Source: an uncultured Gemmatimonadales bacterium (GTDB taxonomy: Bacteria > Gemmatimonadota > Gemmatimonadetes > Gemmatimonadales > GWC2-71-9). Taken from it: a stretch of DNA of 64,000 nucleotides. Location of the stretch: contig CAVZZO010000003.1 of NCBI GenBank assembly GCA_963779755.1, positions 1,088,001-1,152,000 on the forward strand, read 5' to 3'. The position numbers were made by a program, and so were the translations under genes. Shown here one piece after another: positions 36,040 through 45,587 of the stretch; positions within the stretch are counted from its first letter, which is position 1; every line of letters starts with the position of its first letter. The notes under the pieces were generated by a model. The model was not told the origin of the DNA. It saw nothing but the letters and a program-made list of their open reading frames with translations, and ran no database searches.

Positions 36040-37479
36040 TTACGGGCTGCCGGCCACTTCCTGGAGCGCGTCAAAGAGAATTCGGGCCTGATGCCCACGG
36101 CTGAGCGTGCGGTCCCGTGCCACCGGTTGCGGCACGACCCCCCTCCTGAACTCATGATACCGCCGAATCAGCACCTCCGCCAGACGATCAATATCGTCCG
36201 GCGGAACAACGTCCGCGGAGGTGCCCTGCAGAAGTTCTGCGGTAGCGCTCCGTTCGTCGGCCATGGCCAGCAAGGCCGCATGAAAGCTCATGTATTCATA
36301 GATCTTCGATGGAATCGCCATGTGGCTGTCCTGCGGCAGACTGACCAGGATGGTGGCATCTTCCAGGACACGGGACAGTTCATGACGGGCGATGCGTGGG
36401 AGCAAGATGAGAAACTCCGATACGCCCTCTTCCCGAGCCATCTGTTCCAGAGATATGTCTTCGAACCTCTCGACGTTGCCTACGAAGAGCATGCCGAGAT
36501 CGGCCCTGGTCAGAGACTCGGACTTGACCAGGCGCTTCACGGCCCGAAACAGGCCACGCGGGGTTCGATCGTAATAGATGCTCCCGGCATAGGCCATAAT
36601 GAACTTGTCCCGCCGGGCAGCGGAGGGGGCAGGTTCGATATCATATCCGTTCCGGATGGTGAGAAAGCGGCCGGGAGCCTCGGGGTAGGCTGCCCGTAAA
36701 GCAGCAGTGGCCGGACCGGTATTCGAAATCACCAACGCCGCCCTCGCCATGACCCGCCGCTCGTCCCGCCCCTCCAGGATATAGTACACTGGGCTGGCCT
36801 TCCCTTCGAGCACCCGCTCCTGAAGACTCCAGGGATCCCGGAGATCCACCACATGCGGCAGGCCGTACCGTAGCGCGAGCCGGCGCCCGGCTTCGTGAAC
36901 CTGATGCGGTGGCCCGCAGGTGATGACCGCGGCATGCGATCCCGAACCGATCAGCCGCCGAGCCAGCCGCGCTGCCAGTCCTCCCCAATGCCTCGTGGAG
37001 ATGAACAGGCTCCAGGCGTGGTAGGTGCGCATAACGCTGCGGGGCGTCAGCGGAAGCCAGTGGATCTCGGAGCGGCGCAGCGATCCCGGCAGACCGCCGG
37101 AGCCGCCATGGTTGAGCCCCGCCACGGGGGCCTTGACGGGTCGCCGGCCAAGAGAACGCAGAATCCGCAAGGCCTCTTGTTCCAGCCGTGCGAGAGGACT
37201 GGGTACCTCCGGCACCCCAAAGACCCGGAGGTTAGCGGGAAGGGCATCGAGCGTCTGCATGTCGCAAGTGCCTAGCGCAGCGGGACTCCGGGTCACCACG
37301 TCGATGCCCCACCCGCGCTCCACCCCATACGCGGCCAGTCGCTGCCATCGAAGTGCCCCCACCTCCGGACTGGGAGGAAAGTGATAGCTGATAAGGAGGA
37401 GCCGGCGCGCACCCGGTTCGACCCGGGCGCTTCCATGAAACGGCTCGATTCCAGAGGCTTGCACGTCGCTCGGCTTCAT
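36040..37479 (-). CDS. GT4-like glycosyltransferase
   Basis: LISYHFPP..VGALRW, TCGPPH, DLRDPW and IPSKIYEY. Confidence 0.85.
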   Translation of the reverse strand: MKPSDVQASGIEPFHGSARVEPGARRLLLISYHFPPSPEVGALRWQRLAAYGVERGWGIDVVTRSPAALGTCDMQTLDALPANLRVFGVPEVPSPLARLEQEALRILRSLGRRPVKAPVAGLNHGGSGGLPGSLRRSEIHWLPLTPRSVMRTYHAWSLFISTRHWGGLAARLARRLIGSGSHAAVITCGPPHQVHEAGRRLALRYGLPHVVDLRDPWSLQERVLEGKASPVYYILEGRDERRVMARAALVISNTGPATAALRAAYPEAPGRFLTIRNGYDIEPAPSAARRDKFIMAYAGSIYYDRTPRGLFRAVKRLVKSESLTRADLGMLFVGNVERFEDISLEQMAREEGVSEFLILLPRIARHELSRVLEDATILVSLPQDSHMAIPSKIYEYMSFHAALLAMADERSATAELLQGTSADVVPPDDIDRLAEVLIRRYHEFRRGVVPQPVARDRTLSRGHQARILFDALQEVAGSP

Positions 37480-37569
37480 GAAACGGAAGACATCAGGATG
37501 CGCGGTAGAACAATGAGACGCAAGGAGAGGGCCAGAAAAGCAGATCTGTGCGTGGAGGCAGGCTTATGC

Positions 37570-38820
37570 TCACGCCAGACGGTAACTGTCGTCCCTCCGC
37601 GGCCTGCCCGCGCGTGCATCGCCGTCCCTCATGAGGGCGTCCACGAAATACTTGGTCGCCCAGTTGAGCAGCTCGTGGCGGCCGTAGCCGCCGGTGAGCG
37701 GCGCCGAGCCCTTGATGCCGCCCCGGAGGCCGGGATCGCGGCTCCCGCGGTTCTGGGTCCGCTTGAGGAAGCGCAGTACCTGACCCACCGGTCCCAGCCA
37801 TTCCCGCTCGCCGGTGATGGCCCAGAGGCGAATCCAGTTGTTCACCATCTGGGCGTTGCCGGTGAGGCAGCTCCACTCCACCGCGCCGCTCCAGTCGGCG
37901 TTGAACCGCCCCGGCAGCCAGCCGTCTTCCCGCACCCGCTCGAGAATGGCCCGCGCCGGGCGCACGGCCGCCTGGAGCAGCGCCTCGTCCCCTAAGACGC
38001 GCGCACCCTCCAGCAGGCCGCGGATGGTGTAGGCCAGCGTATGCAGTAGCGGCCGGGCGGGATCGGTGAGGCAGCAATGCGGAAACCAGCCGTTGGGATG
38101 CTGCAGGGTGGCCACCGCCCGCAGGTTGCGCGCCGCACCCGCGGTAAAGCCTGGCTCCTCCAGCCGCGCCCCAGCCTCGGCGAAGGCCCAGGCCACCCGC
38201 GCGTTGTAGAGCGTGGTGTCCTTGCGGGCGAACTCCGAGTTGCCGGCGCGCCAGTGGCCGTCCGCTTCCTGCACGGCGGCCAGGTAACGCCCGGCGCGCC
38301 GGGCGGCATCGGCGAAGCGCTGCTCTCCCGTCTCCTCGAACAGGGCCAGCCAGCCGAACATCACCTGGCCGGTATTGAACACCGCCGGCGAGCGGCCTTC
38401 GCCGATCACCCCGCCCTGCACCGCCCCGTCGGGCAGCTGCACGGCGATCTCCCAGTCGCCGGCGCGCAGAGCACGAGCGGCCAGCTCGGGACGGTCCAGC
38501 CGCCGCGCCGCTTCCAGCAGCGTGGGAATGATGTAGCCTGTCGTTTCGGGGTAGGAGGGCTGCCAGCCGCGGGAATGGAAGTAGCGCAGGTATCCCAGGC
38601 TGTAGCCCCGGGCAACGCCGTCATCGGGCGTGCCGTCCTGCGCCCGCGCCAGCCAGTCCACCGCCTCGCGCAGGTGGGGCAGCGACTCCCGCTCGGCGGG
38701 ATGGCCCCCCTGCGATTCGCGGCGGATTTCGGCGGCGAGCACCGGATTGAGGGCCGGATGCTCCCGCAGGGAGCCCAGGCGTCCGCGGACAGACCGGAGA
38801 ACTCGATCGGGCAGGGACAT
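37570..38820 (-). CDS. (alpha/alpha)6-barrel protein with prenyltransferase/squalene-cyclase-like repeats, EPS-locus type
   Basis: SYPETTGYIIPT and repeated Q..DG.W-type motifs (QLPDGA, QEADGHW, QHPNGWF). Confidence 0.7.
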   Translation of the reverse strand: MSLPDRVLRSVRGRLGSLREHPALNPVLAAEIRRESQGGHPAERESLPHLREAVDWLARAQDGTPDDGVARGYSLGYLRYFHSRGWQPSYPETTGYIIPTLLEAARRLDRPELAARALRAGDWEIAVQLPDGAVQGGVIGEGRSPAVFNTGQVMFGWLALFEETGEQRFADAARRAGRYLAAVQEADGHWRAGNSEFARKDTTLYNARVAWAFAEAGARLEEPGFTAGAARNLRAVATLQHPNGWFPHCCLTDPARPLLHTLAYTIRGLLEGARVLGDEALLQAAVRPARAILERVREDGWLPGRFNADWSGAVEWSCLTGNAQMVNNWIRLWAITGEREWLGPVGQVLRFLKRTQNRGSRDPGLRGGIKGSAPLTGGYGRHELLNWATKYFVDALMRDGDARAGRPRRDDSYRLA

Positions 38821-38902
38821 GGGGCGGGAAAATGGGGATCCGGTGGATTCTGGGCAAGGGAATACGGGTCGTGGACTGCGTGCCGAACTTCGCCGGGAAT
38901 GG

Positions 38903-38917
38903 GCCAGCAGCATGCCA
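38903..38917 (-). promoter_or_regulatory. Possible sigma54 promoter
   Basis: TGGCATGCTGCTGGC has GG-N10-GC spacing but an imperfect -12 box. Confidence 0.45.
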
Positions 38918-39206
38918 GCTTGCGGCACACTTCAAGGCGCAGATCTCCTGCAGGGAGTGGCGCGTCACTCGCGCCAGCGGGGTGGGACCAGGTATACCAG
39001 CGCCCGAAAGACCACCTCGTTGTCGCGCGGCGCCCCCCCCATCGCTTCTGGGATGGCGAGGATAGAGAGATTCTCGATCCCCTGGCCGCCCCACAAGCTA
39101 TTCGTCACTGAGCCTGCGGGGGAAAGCGGCCTGCTATATTGGCCGGGACAACCGGCTGCGCACTGAGCAGGTTGATTCTCGTAGTTGGACAAGGAGGGGT
39201 AGCCTG

Positions 39207-40271
39207 ATGTATACGGTCACGGCATACTACGATCCCTTCGAGAATCTCTACCACACTTCCTACGCCTACTCCGGGCTCCTGGCCCTGGCCCGGCGGCGAC
39301 AGATCAGACTGCGAATCAGACGTGTCCGCCAATACCAGCCAGGCTCACTCTGCGTATCCACGGTCGTCATCGGTCCCGGGAAAGGAAGCCTTCGAGTCAC
39401 CTTTGATCTGCGAGACCGGAGCACGCGCTTCGATCAGAGGCTCCTGCAGGACTCCAACGTGTATTTCAAGCGGAGCTATCATGGTCCCGATCTGTCTGAT
39501 ATCGAGCCGCGACTCCGGTCCCGCATTCTCCCATTTGGGCTGAATTATGTCTGCGGCTCGCCCGGCATGGCCCCGCTCCTCATCCGGGCCGCTGGCATAG
39601 GGGCACTGGACGCCATCCTGCACGGCCGGCTGCATGACATAAGGCCGCTGGCCAGGTCGTTGGCAGCTCTGGTACAATACAGCCGGGCCGGGGACTACGA
39701 GTACCCCGATTCGGCACCGAAAGACCCCATCGTGGTTTACCAGACAAGGTTGTGGCGAGATGATGAAGCGGGCGAGTCCGCGGAGGGCATCAACGATCAA
39801 CGCGCTCGGCTCGTGCGAGGGTTGCGCAGTGCCTTTGGTCCCAGATTCCGGGGCGGCCTGGTGCCCAATGCCCTCGCCATCAGCCGGTATCCGGACCTGA
39901 TCGGGGATCTTCCATACAGCCAGAAAGATTACATCAGACAGAGCCGCACTGCGTTGATCGGCATCTATTCTCGTGGCCTGCACTTCTCAACTGCGTGGAA
40001 ATTTGGCGAATATCTCGCCTCCTCCAGCTGTATCGTCGCCGAACCACCCAGGAATACACTGCCAGAACCCCTGGTGGAGGGAAGTCACTACCTGTCTTAC
40101 CGGACGCCTGAGGAATGCGTCGCCGCGTGCGAGCGGATCCTGCAGAATCCGGACTTGCAGGCGGACATGCGGAGCGCGGCCTTCCGGTACTATTTGCGCA
40201 ATGTGGAGCCCGGGGCACACATGCAGTCCTGCCTCGAACGAGCGTATGCTCTGGCTGGGAATGATTTGTAG
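39207..40271 (+). CDS. Glycosyltransferase-like protein (GT-B, CgeB/Glyco_trans_1_2-like C-terminus)
   Basis: YFKRSY and GLHFSTAWKFGEYLA; AGGAGG RBS. Confidence 0.65.
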   Translation: MYTVTAYYDPFENLYHTSYAYSGLLALARRRQIRLRIRRVRQYQPGSLCVSTVVIGPGKGSLRVTFDLRDRSTRFDQRLLQDSNVYFKRSYHGPDLSDIEPRLRSRILPFGLNYVCGSPGMAPLLIRAAGIGALDAILHGRLHDIRPLARSLAALVQYSRAGDYEYPDSAPKDPIVVYQTRLWRDDEAGESAEGINDQRARLVRGLRSAFGPRFRGGLVPNALAISRYPDLIGDLPYSQKDYIRQSRTALIGIYSRGLHFSTAWKFGEYLASSSCIVAEPPRNTLPEPLVEGSHYLSYRTPEECVAACERILQNPDLQADMRSAAFRYYLRNVEPGAHMQSCLERAYALAGNDL

Positions 40272-40412
40272 TACAAGGGCCTCACAGTAACCTCCGGTGG
40301 GGGGGTAGGCGGGTACGGCAAGCGGAACGGATCCCCTGCAGGCGCGGCTCTGCTCCTGCTGGAGTTGTGCCCCAACCGGGACCGGCAGGACGACTACTCG
40401 CCAGCAGAGGCA

Positions 40413-40428
40413 TGGCATCCACCTTGCT
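40413..40428 (+). promoter_or_regulatory. Sigma54 -24/-12 promoter
   Basis: TGGCATCCACCTTGCT, 38 nt before TTG 40466. Confidence 0.7.
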
Positions 40429-40465
40429 GCATTTGGCAGGTTCACCGCGCCCGGCAGGAGTCTGC

Positions 40466-41974
40466 TTGACCGTACCCGCTTCCCCGGAGAACGAGTCCAT
40501 CTCTCCCACTCCTATCGACACTCAGCGGCGTCTCGACCGGTCGCTGGTGCATGGCATAGCCTGGACCGGGGGAATGAAATGGGCCACCCAGCTGGCGACA
40601 TGGGGGGCCACGCTTATCATTGCCCGGCTGCTCACACCCGAGGACTATGGCCTGGTGGACATGGCCGCGCTCTACCTCGGCTTCGTGCAGTTGGTGAACG
40701 AGTTCGGGCTGGGCGCGGCCATCATCCGGGAGCGGGAACTGGACCGGGAACAGATCGCGTCCCTGGGCGGCATGTCCATACTGCTGGGGCTCGGCCTCTG
40801 GGCACTCTCGACGCTCATCGCCGTGCCGGTAGCGGCGTTCTTCCGGCAGCCGGAGGTCCGCTGGATCATCACCATCCTGGGCGTGACCTTCCTCACCACC
40901 GCGGTCAAGGTAGTGCCCCGCTCCCTCATGGTCCGCGATCTCCAGTTCCGGCGGGTCGCGGTTGCCGATGCGACGGAGGCCATCAGCAGCGCAGTAGTCA
41001 CCCTGACTCTGGCGATCGCGGGGGCGCGATACTGGTCTCTGGTATTCGGCAGCATCGTTGGCAGCACGGCGGGGATGACCCTGTCTCTCTGGTGGCGCGC
41101 CCACCGGGTTCGCTGGCCCCGGCAACTGAGCAGTCTGCGCCAGGCCATCGCCTTCGGCAGTCACATCGTCGTCTCGCGTATCAGCTGGTATCTCTACAGC
41201 AATGCGGACTTTACCATCGTGGGCCGGGTGCTGGGCAAGGCGGCCCTGGGCACCTACGGGTTCGGCTGGCAGCTGGCCAGCATCCCGGTGAACCGGATCA
41301 GCTCCATGGTGGGCCAGGTGACGCCCTCCATTTTCTCGGCGGTGAAGGACGATCCCGCCGCCCTGCGGCGCTACCTGCTCCGCCTCACCGAAGGCCTGGC
41401 CTTCATTACCTTTCCCTTCTCGGTGGGGGTGGCCCTGGTTGCCGATGATTTCGTGCTGGCGGTGCTGGGCGACAAATGGCAGGCGGCTATCATGCCGCTC
41501 CGGCTGCTGGCCATCTATGCCTGCATCCGCTCCATTACCACCATAGTACCTCAGATTCTCAACTACACCGGCCGTTCCCGCGACCAGATGCGCTTCAGCC
41601 TCTTTGCCCTGGTGGTGCTCCCGCCCATGTTCTACGTGGCGGCGCGCACCTGGGGCACAACCGGCGTCGGCTGGGCCTGGATCCTTGGGTATCCGGTGGT
41701 GATCGCCCCCGGCCTCGCCGTGGCGTTTCAGATCACCGGGCTGCGTCTGCGGGGCTACCTCGCCGCTTTGCGTCCCGCCGCCCTGGGATCGGCGGCCATG
41801 ATCGCGGTCGTGCTGGGCGTCCGGTTTCTTCTGCCCGCCCGACAGCCCCATCTGGCCCAGCTCCTGATCGAAAGCGGCACCGGCGCCCTGACCTACGCCG
41901 TCATCATGTACTTTGCCTACGGCGAGCGGATCCGGAGCACCCTCCGGATGCTGCGGGAGCTGCGCACCGGATGA
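40466..41974 (+). CDS. wzx: Wzx-type polysaccharide flippase (WzxC-like)
   Basis: IARLLTPEDYGL, EFGLGAAII and ADFTIVGRVLG; 12 or more TMs; AGGAG before the TTG start. Confidence 0.88.
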   Translation: MTVPASPENESISPTPIDTQRRLDRSLVHGIAWTGGMKWATQLATWGATLIIARLLTPEDYGLVDMAALYLGFVQLVNEFGLGAAIIRERELDREQIASLGGMSILLGLGLWALSTLIAVPVAAFFRQPEVRWIITILGVTFLTTAVKVVPRSLMVRDLQFRRVAVADATEAISSAVVTLTLAIAGARYWSLVFGSIVGSTAGMTLSLWWRAHRVRWPRQLSSLRQAIAFGSHIVVSRISWYLYSNADFTIVGRVLGKAALGTYGFGWQLASIPVNRISSMVGQVTPSIFSAVKDDPAALRRYLLRLTEGLAFITFPFSVGVALVADDFVLAVLGDKWQAAIMPLRLLAIYACIRSITTIVPQILNYTGRSRDQMRFSLFALVVLPPMFYVAARTWGTTGVGWAWILGYPVVIAPGLAVAFQITGLRLRGYLAALRPAALGSAAMIAVVLGVRFLLPARQPHLAQLLIESGTGALTYAVIMYFAYGERIRSTLRMLRELRTG

Positions 41975-42915
41975 GTCACTTGCCCGGCGCGGCCCGGTCG
42001 CCCTTTTTCATCGTGGGCTTTCAGCGAAGCGGGACGACCCTGCTCCGGCTCATGCTGGACAGCCACCCGGAAGTCGCGATTCCGCTGGATACCACCGGCC
42101 TGTGGGACCGCTACGAACGGAAACTGCACGAGTACGGCAGCCTGGAAGACGGGGCGAACCGGCGGCGCCTTGTCGCCGACCTGCTGCAGGAAGAGCGGAT
42201 CCAGCTCTGGGAAGTGCCGCTCACCGAGGATGCCGTGCTGGCGGGATGGCAGCGGCCGGGCTACGCCGGCGCCGTCGACGCCTTCTACCGCTGCTATGCC
42301 GCGGCGAAAGGCAAACGCCTGTGGGGTGACAAGGACCCGGGCAACATGACCCGGCTCGACCAGCTCCATCGCTGGTTCCCGGAGAGCCGCGTTATCCACA
42401 TCATTCGCGACGGGCGAGATGCTTGCCTCTCCCTGCGGAAACAGTCGTTCGGGTCCGGAGACATTCTGGGCTGCGCTGCTTCCTGGCGTGAAGAGGTCAC
42501 CTGGGTGCGCCGGATGGGAGGCCTGCTGGGGGGCCGGTATTTCGAGCTGCGCTACGAGGATCTCCTGGCCGAGCCCGAGCGGGTCCTGCAGGACATCTGC
42601 GGTTTTCTCGCATTGCCGTTCGAAGCTTCCATGCTGGAATACCATCGCCGGATCGGCGATTCGATCCCTGATTCCAAGCGGCACATCTGGCCGTTGATTG
42701 ACCGGCCCCCGCAGAAGGAGAACACGGGAAAGTGGCGAAAGGAGATGAGCCATGGCCTGCGGGTCTGTTTCGAAAAGCGGGCGGGAGACTTACTGGAATC
42801 ACTGGGCTACGACGTGACGCCACGGCCCTGGTCGGGATATTATCGAGAGGAGCTCAGAAACTTCCTCGGGATTGGCTGGCGAGCCATCCGTAGCCGGCAC
42901 CGGACACCTGGTTGA
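41971..42915 (+). CDS. PAPS-dependent sulfotransferase
   Basis: GFQRSGTTLL (5'-PSB), WGDKDP, IIRDGRD (3'-PB) and RYEDL. Confidence 0.9.
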   Translation: MSHLPGAARSPFFIVGFQRSGTTLLRLMLDSHPEVAIPLDTTGLWDRYERKLHEYGSLEDGANRRRLVADLLQEERIQLWEVPLTEDAVLAGWQRPGYAGAVDAFYRCYAAAKGKRLWGDKDPGNMTRLDQLHRWFPESRVIHIIRDGRDACLSLRKQSFGSGDILGCAASWREEVTWVRRMGGLLGGRYFELRYEDLLAEPERVLQDICGFLALPFEASMLEYHRRIGDSIPDSKRHIWPLIDRPPQKENTGKWRKEMSHGLRVCFEKRAGDLLESLGYDVTPRPWSGYYREELRNFLGIGWRAIRSRHRTPG

Positions 42916-42944
42916 ACCCTTGACTACGTGCCGATAGTACCTCG

Positions 42945-44246
42945 ATGAATGTTGCTTTCCTGACCTATCATTCCCCGCCCGATCGGGCCGTAGGCGCAAT
43001 TCGGGCCGTGAATGTGGCTCGCGCCTTCCGGGATGCCGGCCATAAGGTGACGGTCATTACCTCCCTCCCTCCCGGAGAAACCGGGGGCCGTGAGGAGGTC
43101 GCCGATATCGAGATCGTTCGTGTTGCGCCCTGGCGGAACGTGAGAGAGGTGTATGCCGAATGGAAAACGCGGCGGCCCCAGGCGGTTTTCTCAGAGTCGA
43201 AGGCGTCGAAGTCAGAGAAATGGCGTGCCCCAACCCGGGTGGCCGCCTGGAAGCGGTTCCTTTTCTCCCTGATATGGCTGCCCGACGACCGGCAGGGATT
43301 CGTCCCGCCGGCGGTCCAGGCGCTGCGGCGGCTTGATCCGGTCCCGGATGTTATCCTCAGCAGCGGGCCGCCCTTCTCATGCCACCTCGCCGCCTTCATT
43401 GGCAGGAAGGTCATCCGCAGGCCCTGGATCATGGAGTTCCGCGACCCCTGGTCCGGCAATCCGCAGAAGCAGTGGTGGATACAGACCGGCCCCACCGAGG
43501 CCATGAACCGCTGGCTGGAGAGGATGTGTCTCAGGAATGCGGAGTTGGTGGTCAGCGTCTCGGAGGGGATCGATCGGCACCTGAGGCAGGTCGTACCAAC
43601 GCTCCCGGCCCGGAAGTTCCTGGTGGTACGCAACGGCATCAGCAGCCTTCAGGCTCCGGGTACCAGTGCATCCTCGCCCGGCACGTGCTTCAACCTGGTC
43701 CACCTCGGCACTATCAATTTTGACCGGGATCCCGGACCGGTCCTCCAGGCGATCCGCTCCATGGTTCAGTCAATGAAGCTGCGCCCGGGTCAATTGCGCC
43801 TTCGGTTCATCGGCGACACGGAGAGCACGGACACCCTGGAGGGGATTGACCGTCTTGGCATCGGCGACTACGTCGAGATCTCCGGGTGGGTACCATATGC
43901 CCGGGCGCAGGAAATCATGCTGGAAGCGGACGCCCTGCTCCTCCTGGCCCGGAATCAGCCCGCCCAGATACCCAACAAGCTGTATGATTACCTGGGCGCG
44001 CGGAAACCGATCCTGGCTCTGGCCGACCAGGACGGAGAGACCGCGCAAATGCTGCGCGCCGTCGGGGGACACCACGTGTTTGAAGATGCCGAAGGAGCAC
44101 AACGTGCGCTCGAATTCCTGATGACCCGGCGGGGCCAGACACCAGGGAGCGAATCAGCAGAGCAGCTGCTGCAGGGCTGGACAACTGCCGCCCAGATGAG
44201 GCTCTACATCCAGGCCGCCATGGAGGTAGCAAATGGGGTGGGATGA
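42945..44246 (+). CDS. GT4-like glycosyltransferase
   Basis: YHSPP..VGAIR, SSGPPFS, EFRDPW and IPNKLYDY. Confidence 0.85.
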   Translation: MNVAFLTYHSPPDRAVGAIRAVNVARAFRDAGHKVTVITSLPPGETGGREEVADIEIVRVAPWRNVREVYAEWKTRRPQAVFSESKASKSEKWRAPTRVAAWKRFLFSLIWLPDDRQGFVPPAVQALRRLDPVPDVILSSGPPFSCHLAAFIGRKVIRRPWIMEFRDPWSGNPQKQWWIQTGPTEAMNRWLERMCLRNAELVVSVSEGIDRHLRQVVPTLPARKFLVVRNGISSLQAPGTSASSPGTCFNLVHLGTINFDRDPGPVLQAIRSMVQSMKLRPGQLRLRFIGDTESTDTLEGIDRLGIGDYVEISGWVPYARAQEIMLEADALLLLARNQPAQIPNKLYDYLGARKPILALADQDGETAQMLRAVGGHHVFEDAEGAQRALEFLMTRRGQTPGSESAEQLLQGWTTAAQMRLYIQAAMEVANGVG

Positions 44247-44955
44247 CCTGGTCGCCGCCGCACGCCAGGGCAGGGGGCCCCTGAAGCATGCTCGCCGGAT
44301 CAGGCACGGCATCCGCGGGTTCCACCTTCCGGTGGTCCAGCCGCTTGCCGCCCTGGCCTATGGCGGCACCCGGCTGACAAAGATGACCTGGAACCTGGGG
44401 CTGAAAATCTGTTATCGCGAGCCTATGCTGCGGTATCGCTGCGGCCGGGTGGGCCATCACCTGGCGCTGGAAGGGCCCATACCGCTGATCATCGGTAACG
44501 GCCGGATCGAAATCGGTAATGAAGTCCGGCTCGGGGCACCGATGACCTGGGATGTCGGGTTCGACGTCGGTGAGGCCGAGATCATCATCGGCGACCGGGC
44601 GCAGATCAATTATCGCAATATCATCAGCGCCGCCGGGAGTGTCCGGATCGGAGAGGACACGCTCATTGCCGGCGAGGTGGCGATCTTCGATAATCCCAGC
44701 CACCCCCTCGACCCCGAGGCTCGCCGAGCCGGCGGCCATTTCGCAGCTGAGGAAGTACGTCCGGTGGTGATCGGGAGAAACGTCTGGATCGGTCTCCGCG
44801 CCATCATATTGCGGGGAGTGACCATCGGAGACAATTCCGTGGTGGCCGCCGGGTCTGTGGTCACCAAGCCGGTGCCACCAAACACACTCGTGGCCGGCAA
44901 CCCCGCACGGCCCATACGAGAGCTGGGACCTGACTCACTGAGAGGCAGAGCGTGA
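44233..44955 (+). CDS. Hexapeptide-repeat (LbH) O-acyltransferase
   Basis: IGRNVWIG..ILRGVTIGDNSVVAAGSVV and GNPAR. Confidence 0.9.
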   Translation: MGWDDLVAAARQGRGPLKHARRIRHGIRGFHLPVVQPLAALAYGGTRLTKMTWNLGLKICYREPMLRYRCGRVGHHLALEGPIPLIIGNGRIEIGNEVRLGAPMTWDVGFDVGEAEIIIGDRAQINYRNIISAAGSVRIGEDTLIAGEVAIFDNPSHPLDPEARRAGGHFAAEEVRPVVIGRNVWIGLRAIILRGVTIGDNSVVAAGSVVTKPVPPNTLVAGNPARPIRELGPDSLRGRA

Positions 44956-45557
44956 CGGCCTCCTCCGGAAATCGTGGTCAGTACCTGCTCAAGGCGCTCA
45001 GTCACCCGCGAACGGCATGGTCAGTTGGCCGCGCACTCGCGAAGGGCTGGTGGTGCCGATGCTGGTGCCGCATCCGGGGCGTCCGGCTGCAGGCAGGCAG
45101 GAATCTTCGTATCGAAGGAAGACTCATCATTCGAGGGCCCGGGATGGTGGTTATCGGTGATAACGTGAGGTTCGGGATGACCGTCACGCCGTGGACACAC
45201 CATCGCGACGCCATGATCACCATCGGTGATGATTCGTACATCAATGGTGCGAGCTTCGGTTGCCGGAAGAGCATCACCATCGGGCGGCGCGCCATTGTGG
45301 GACGCTCGTACATCATGGACACCGATTTTCACAGCGTTCACTCCGACCGGCACGACCCCTCGGCGAAGGTCCGGGTTGCCCCGATCGTCCTGGAGGAGAA
45401 CGTCTGGGTCGCGGCCAACGTCGGTATCCTGCCCGGAACGTACATCGGAATGAATTCGGTGGTCGGTTTCGGCTCCGTCTGCTCCGGAAGGTTCCCCCCC
45501 AACAAGGTTATCGCCGGGAATCCCGCCCGGGTGATGCGGGACATCGAAAGTGCATGA
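44952..45557 (+). CDS. Hexapeptide-repeat (LbH) O-acyltransferase
   Basis: DTDFH, LEENVWV, IGMNSVVG and GNPAR. Confidence 0.88.
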   Translation: MTASSGNRGQYLLKALSHPRTAWSVGRALAKGWWCRCWCRIRGVRLQAGRNLRIEGRLIIRGPGMVVIGDNVRFGMTVTPWTHHRDAMITIGDDSYINGASFGCRKSITIGRRAIVGRSYIMDTDFHSVHSDRHDPSAKVRVAPIVLEENVWVAANVGILPGTYIGMNSVVGFGSVCSGRFPPNKVIAGNPARVMRDIESA

Positions 45558-45587
45558 TCTGGGGGCTTCCGCGGACACACCAGCTCC

